Of a stretch of 64,000 nucleotides of DNA, positions 59,888-64,000 are shown one piece after another. Numbering within the stretch: the stretch's first letter is position 1; each line of letters opens with the position of its first letter. Made by a program: the position numbers and the translations under genes. The notes under the pieces were generated by a model that did not search any database, had not been told where the DNA came from, and was given only the letters and a program-made list of their open reading frames with translations. This DNA is from an uncultured Gemmatimonadales bacterium (GTDB lineage: Bacteria > Gemmatimonadota > Gemmatimonadetes > Gemmatimonadales > GWC2-71-9), in the NCBI GenBank assembly GCA_963730185.1, contig CAVSQW010000006.1, positions 1-64,000 on the forward strand. Direction: 5' to 3'.

Positions 59888-62305
59888 TTACCCACTCGAC
59901 AGGGTCCGTCGGGGGTCGATCCGCATCGCCCGGAGCGCCGAGGGCACGGCGGCCAGCGTCGCGAGGCCGACCACCACCAGCCCGGCGCCGGCCAGCACCC
60001 CGATCGACCGCGCCTCCACCCCGAACAGGAAGGCCCGAAGCGCCCCGGCCACCATCCAGGCCCCACCCAGCCCGAGCGCCACGCCGGGCAGCGTCAGCCG
60101 CGCGACCTGCGCGAATACCGACCGGCCGAGCATCGCGGGCCGGGCGCCGAACACCAACCGGAGCGCCAGCTCCCGCTCCCGGCTCGCCACCAGCTGCCGC
60201 ATCACGCCGTAGCTGCCCAGCCCCACGATGGTCACCGCCACCAGGGCCAGCGCCGCCAGCACCGCGGCCCGGAGCCTCGGCAGCGCGTTGGCCTGCCGGC
60301 TCAGGGCGTCGAGCGTGGTGGTCCGGCTGGCCGCGACGATCGGATCGGCCGTCTGGAGCGCCCGGCGGATCGCGGCGAGCCCATCCTCCGGTGGGCCGGC
60401 CGTCTCCGCCACGATCGAGAGCCAGTTGACCGAGACCTGGCCGTAGGGGACGTACACCGCCGACCCGGGCGCTGCCGTGTAGCCGCCGTCCATCACGTCG
60501 CCCACCACGCCCACGATCTCGAACGGCTCCGGCGGGGCGCTCCCCGCCACCCGGTAGAGGCGCCGGCCCAGGGCGTCGCCGTCGGGGAAGTACTTGGCCG
60601 CGAGCGACGCGCTCACCAGCGCCACCCGGCTGGAGCTGGAGTCGTCGTGCGGGTCGAGATACCGCCCCTCCAGGAGCGGGATGCCGATGGTCTGGAGGTA
60701 GCGGGGCGAGACCCGCCGGAAATGAAAGAGCTGGGGCTCGCCGGAGATCGATCCGTCCGGCGCCGGCACCAGGAAGCGCCCGCCCCAGCCCGGATCGCCG
60801 ACCGGGAGAGTGTTGCTGAACCCGAAGCTCTCGAGCGCGGTCTCCCGCGCCAGGGCGGCCTCCAGGGCCACCGCGAACCTGACCCGGTCGGCATGGCTGG
60901 CGTAGGCCGAAGTCGGAAGCGTCACCCGAGCCACCACCCGGTGGGCGGACTCGAACCCGTCCGGCACCCCGGCCAGGTTCCGGAAGGTGAGCCCCACCAG
61001 CGCCGCCGCCGCGAGCACCACGATCGAGAGCGCCGCCTGCACTACCACCATTCCCCGCTGCCAGCGGAGCGCGCCGGCCGACAGGGTGGCCCCCCGCGAC
61101 GAGGAGCGGAGCGCGTCGACCAGGTCCGAGCGCCGCCCGAACCAGATCGGCAGCGTTCCGGCCGCCAGCGCGGCCGCCACCGCGATCGCACCGGACACCG
61201 CCAGGACCCCGGCGTCGAGCCGGACGTGGACGAAGAAGGACCCGAGCTCGGGCCCGAGATCGAGCCGGCGGATCGCCCCGATCGCGACCGCCGCCAGACC
61301 CAGCCCCACCGCCAGACCGGCGCCCACCACCAGAGCGCTCTGGGAGAGCAGGAGCCCGACCACCCGCCCGCCTTCGGCGCCCAGCGCCTGCCGGACGGCC
61401 AGCTCGCGCTTCCGCTCGAAGCCCCACGCCACCAGCACCGACGCCAGGTTCAGCACCGCAAGGAGGAGGAGCACCACCGCGCCGGCCTGGATCAGGAGCA
61501 CCGTGGCGTCCGCTCCGCTCAGGAGAAGCTCGCGCAGGTTCTGGATCACGTAGCGGTAGTCGCGGTTGTCCTTCCGGTTCGCCTCCCGGGTCCGCTCCGT
61601 GAATCCCGCCAGGTCGGCCACCGCAGCCTCCCGGGTCCGGCCGTCGGCGAAGCGGCCGAAGATGGTCAGGATCCGGGCTCCGGTGATGCTGGCCCGCTGC
61701 GCGGCCGGCAGGTCGAACGGCTGCCAGACGTCGGTCGGTACCGGCTGCGCGAACCCCTCGGGCATCACCCCGATCACCGTGGTCGGCACGCCGTTCAGGG
61801 TGATCGCCCGGCCCACGGCGTCGGGATCGGCCCCGAGCGCGGTGCGCCAGAAGGTGTGACTCACCACCACCACCGGCGCGGGCGAGGGTCCCTCCTCCTG
61901 GGAGGTAAATCCCCGGCCGAGAACGGGCGAGACCCGGACCGTGGCGAAGAAGGTCGCCGTGGCCAACGTGGTCCGGAGCGATCGGATGCTGCCGTGATCG
62001 TCCCACGCCGCGATCCCCTGAGTGAAGCAGCTCACCTCGGCGAACGCGTGCTGAGTGGCCCGGAGCAGCTGGTAATTGGGATAGGCGTCGTTGAAGACCA
62101 CCGCCCCCTGCCCCGGGAGCTCCCGCTCCGGCGCAATCAGCACCAGCCGATCGGGCTCCGGCACCGCGAAGCCCGAGAAGAGGAAGGCCCGGACCACCGA
62201 GAACGCGGTGGTGTTGGCGCCCAGGGCAAAGCCCATGGTGAGCACGGCCACCAGGGCGACCGCCTTCCGGCGGCCCAGGAATCGAAGGTTCACGGCCAGC
62301 GACAT
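59888..62305 (-). CDS. ADOP-type duplicated ABC permease (MacB/FtsX-like)
   Basis: GANTTAFSVV, VIGVMPEGF, RELAVRQALGA, EIVGVVGDV, RELALRLVFGA, RAMRIDP. Confidence 0.9.
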   Translation of the reverse strand: MSLAVNLRFLGRRKAVALVAVLTMGFALGANTTAFSVVRAFLFSGFAVPEPDRLVLIAPERELPGQGAVVFNDAYPNYQLLRATQHAFAEVSCFTQGIAAWDDHGSIRSLRTTLATATFFATVRVSPVLGRGFTSQEEGPSPAPVVVVSHTFWRTALGADPDAVGRAITLNGVPTTVIGVMPEGFAQPVPTDVWQPFDLPAAQRASITGARILTIFGRFADGRTREAAVADLAGFTERTREANRKDNRDYRYVIQNLRELLLSGADATVLLIQAGAVVLLLLAVLNLASVLVAWGFERKRELAVRQALGAEGGRVVGLLLSQSALVVGAGLAVGLGLAAVAIGAIRRLDLGPELGSFFVHVRLDAGVLAVSGAIAVAAALAAGTLPIWFGRRSDLVDALRSSSRGATLSAGALRWQRGMVVVQAALSIVVLAAAALVGLTFRNLAGVPDGFESAHRVVARVTLPTSAYASHADRVRFAVALEAALARETALESFGFSNTLPVGDPGWGGRFLVPAPDGSISGEPQLFHFRRVSPRYLQTIGIPLLEGRYLDPHDDSSSSRVALVSASLAAKYFPDGDALGRRLYRVAGSAPPEPFEIVGVVGDVMDGGYTAAPGSAVYVPYGQVSVNWLSIVAETAGPPEDGLAAIRRALQTADPIVAASRTTTLDALSRQANALPRLRAAVLAALALVAVTIVGLGSYGVMRQLVASRERELALRLVFGARPAMLGRSVFAQVARLTLPGVALGLGGAWMVAGALRAFLFGVEARSIGVLAGAGLVVVGLATLAAVPSALRAMRIDPRRTLSSG

Positions 62306-62430
62306 TGCGCGCGCTCCCGGGTTTCGGCCACCCCGCCCACCGGCCCCTCGGCCGGACCGCTTGCGGAGCGGCGACGGCCAACGTATGGTCCGCCAGAGTC
62401 ATGCGTCAAATGCCTACTGATCATTGAGGA

Positions 62431-62447
62431 TATGCCCAATGGTTATA
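62431..62447. promoter_or_regulatory. Candidate LysR box (T-N11-A)
   Basis: TATGCCCAATGGTTATA with TAT/ATA dyad, overlapping the LysR start region. Confidence 0.45.
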
Positions 62448-63392
62448 CTAAGTCGGGCTCCGCGTTCGCCCGAGCCGGGGCCCGGCGCCCGGCTCGAGAT
62501 CCGCGATCTCCGGCTCCTGGTGGCGGTGTCGGCCGAGGGATCGCTCACCGGCGCGGGCCGGCGGCTGAACGTGACCCAGCCCGCCCTGAGCCGGCACCTC
62601 GCCACGTTGGAGTCCCGGGTCGGCGCGCCGCTCTTCCACCGGACCGGCGTCCGGATGGTGCCCACCGCGGCCGGGGAGCTCCTGCTCCGTCACGCCCGGG
62701 AGGTCCTGGACCGGCTGGCCGCGGCCGAGGCCGACCTCGCGGTGTTCCGGGAAGCGGTGCCGCAGGTGGTGCGGGTCGGGACCGAGTGCTACACCGGTTT
62801 CCACTGGCTCCCCGCCGTCTCCCGGCGCTTCTCGGCCCGGCGTCCAGGCTTCGAGGTAGAGATCGCCTTCGAGGCGAGCCGCCGCCCGCTCGAGCTCCTG
62901 AAGGACGGGCGGATCGACGTCGCCATCCTGACCGAGCACCGGACCGTGCCCGACGTCGCCGTGAGCCGGCTCTTCACCGACGAGCTGGTCGCCGTGGTGC
63001 CCCCGGGACACCCCTGGACCGGCCTCCCGTTCGTGCGGCCGGACGGGTTCGCGGACGTGCGCCTGCTCCTCCTGGCACCGGCCGAGGAGAGCACCGTGGT
63101 AACCCGGTTCCTGGAGCCGGCCGGGGTGACGCCGAGACAGATCGCCGACGTGCAGCTGGTGGGCGCGATGGCCGCGCTGGTCGAGGCCGAGTTCGGAGTG
63201 GGCGTCCTGCCCGCCTGGACCATCGGGCCGGAGGTCCGAAGCGGGCGGCTGGCGGCGGTCCGGCTGGGCCGGAAGGGGCTCCAGCGCACCTGGGCGGCCG
63301 CGGTTACCAAGGCCCGCGCCCGGGAGCGGTGGGTCCGGGAGTTCGTGACCGCGCTGGCCACCGAGGCCGGCCCGGGCGGGCTCGGACGTTAG
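62439..63392 (+). CDS. LysR family transcriptional regulator
   Basis: LEIRDLRLL..EGSLTGAGRRLNVTQPALSRHL..LE..G..LF.R; TECYTGFHWLP. Confidence 0.93.
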   Translation: MVILSRAPRSPEPGPGARLEIRDLRLLVAVSAEGSLTGAGRRLNVTQPALSRHLATLESRVGAPLFHRTGVRMVPTAAGELLLRHAREVLDRLAAAEADLAVFREAVPQVVRVGTECYTGFHWLPAVSRRFSARRPGFEVEIAFEASRRPLELLKDGRIDVAILTEHRTVPDVAVSRLFTDELVAVVPPGHPWTGLPFVRPDGFADVRLLLLAPAEESTVVTRFLEPAGVTPRQIADVQLVGAMAALVEAEFGVGVLPAWTIGPEVRSGRLAAVRLGRKGLQRTWAAAVTKARARERWVREFVTALATEAGPGGLGR

Positions 63393-63395
63393 GCG

Positions 63396-63749
63396 CTACC
63401 CAGCCGGGTCCGAGGCATCCTCGACGAACGCCTTGAGGCGGGCCAGCGCCCGATCCCAACTGGCCGACACCCGCTCCAGATGGGCTCGGGCCTCGTCCAG
63501 CGGCGCCGGGTCGAGCGCGTACACCCGCTCCCGGCCCTCGCGCTCGCTCCGCACCACGCCGGCCGACTCCAGGACGCGAAGGTGCTTGGTCACCGCCTGG
63601 CGGGTCACCGCCGTGCCCACGGTCAGCGTGGTGATCGAGTAGCTCCCGCCATCCGCCAGCCGGTCGACCAGACCGAGCCGGGTCTCGTCGCCCAGAGCGG
63701 CGAAAACCGGCACGGTCCGGACCGCGCGGCGAGGCCGCGCGACGGTCAC
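63396..63749 (-). CDS. ArsR/SmtB family regulator
   Basis: VFAALGDETRL, TRQAVTKHLRVLESAGVV, WDRALARLKAFVE; GTGA overlap. Confidence 0.9.
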   Translation of the reverse strand: MTVARPRRAVRTVPVFAALGDETRLGLVDRLADGGSYSITTLTVGTAVTRQAVTKHLRVLESAGVVRSEREGRERVYALDPAPLDEARAHLERVSASWDRALARLKAFVEDASDPAG

Positions 63750-64000
63750 CGAGGCTCCTGGAGGTAGCGCTCGATGTTCGCCATCTGCCCCTTCCATCCG
63801 CCCTCGTTCATCCGGAAGGCCTCCGCGCGGCGGCCGGCCGGGAGGGCGTCGAAGCCCGACTCCACCACCCGGAGCCGGGTCCCCTCGGCCACCTCCTCCA
63901 GCGTGAACTCCACCAGCGTCATGGGCTCGTCGTCGTAGCTCGTGTTCGGATCGGGCGCGCCGGGGTGCCACCGGTACGAGAAGTAACGCTCCGGCTCGAT
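63746..64000 (-). CDS. SRPBCC/AHSA1 family protein (5' truncated by window edge)
   Basis: IEPERYFSYRWHP...EPMTLVEFTLEEVAEGTRLRVVESGFDALP...NEGGW. Confidence 0.88.
   Translation of the reverse strand: MEPERYFSYRWHPGAPDPNTSYDDEPMTLVEFTLEEVAEGTRLRVVESGFDALPAGRRAEAFRMNEGGWKGQMANIERYLQEPR

Overview
High-GC bacterial window. I infer Gemmatimonadota from the style of the Ser/Thr kinases (Y-x-L-x-RE-[IL]G-x-GGM), the ADOP-type permease and the many secreted hydrolases. Many genes carry single-base frameshifts, probably long-read consensus errors, and several have clean internal deletions. Contents in order: (1-7.8 kb) a translationally coupled Fe-S/nitrosative-stress-like operon (SufR-like regulator, Mrp/ApbC, His-containing polytopic membrane protein, SufT/DUF59, three DUF2249 paralogues, cupin-DinB, divergent FolD) plus a ClC-CBS gene, ending against a truncated M61 peptidase; (8-15 kb) YfcC, DUF488/DUF2945, and an orphan OleA-like thiolase convergent with a cNMP-patatin; (15-27 kb) metabolic genes, a DUF2975/YozG-type operon with a perfect operator, CocE, and two kinases flanking an RHH-PemK/MazF toxin-antitoxin pair; (27.5-30.1 kb) a lower-GC solitary HEPN-like/NB-ARC/TPR gene, a candidate NLR-type defence protein; (32.7-37.7 kb) an intact cassette of a mini spike-tail protein, two tandem DUF2169 adaptors, a PAAR-like effector, a small candidate immunity gene and a kinase-N-lobe/zinc-ribbon membrane protein, with no T6SS/eCIS structural genes in view; (38-64 kb) oxidoreductases, serine hydrolases, a kinase-TPR, a LuxR-hydrolase module, a molybdoenzyme-cytochrome b pair, secreted M55, a VPS10/BNR protein, ADOP-LysR, ArsR-SRPBCC. 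No rRNA, tRNA, CRISPR array or transposase was recognised. All family calls come from reading motifs by eye; no searches were run.
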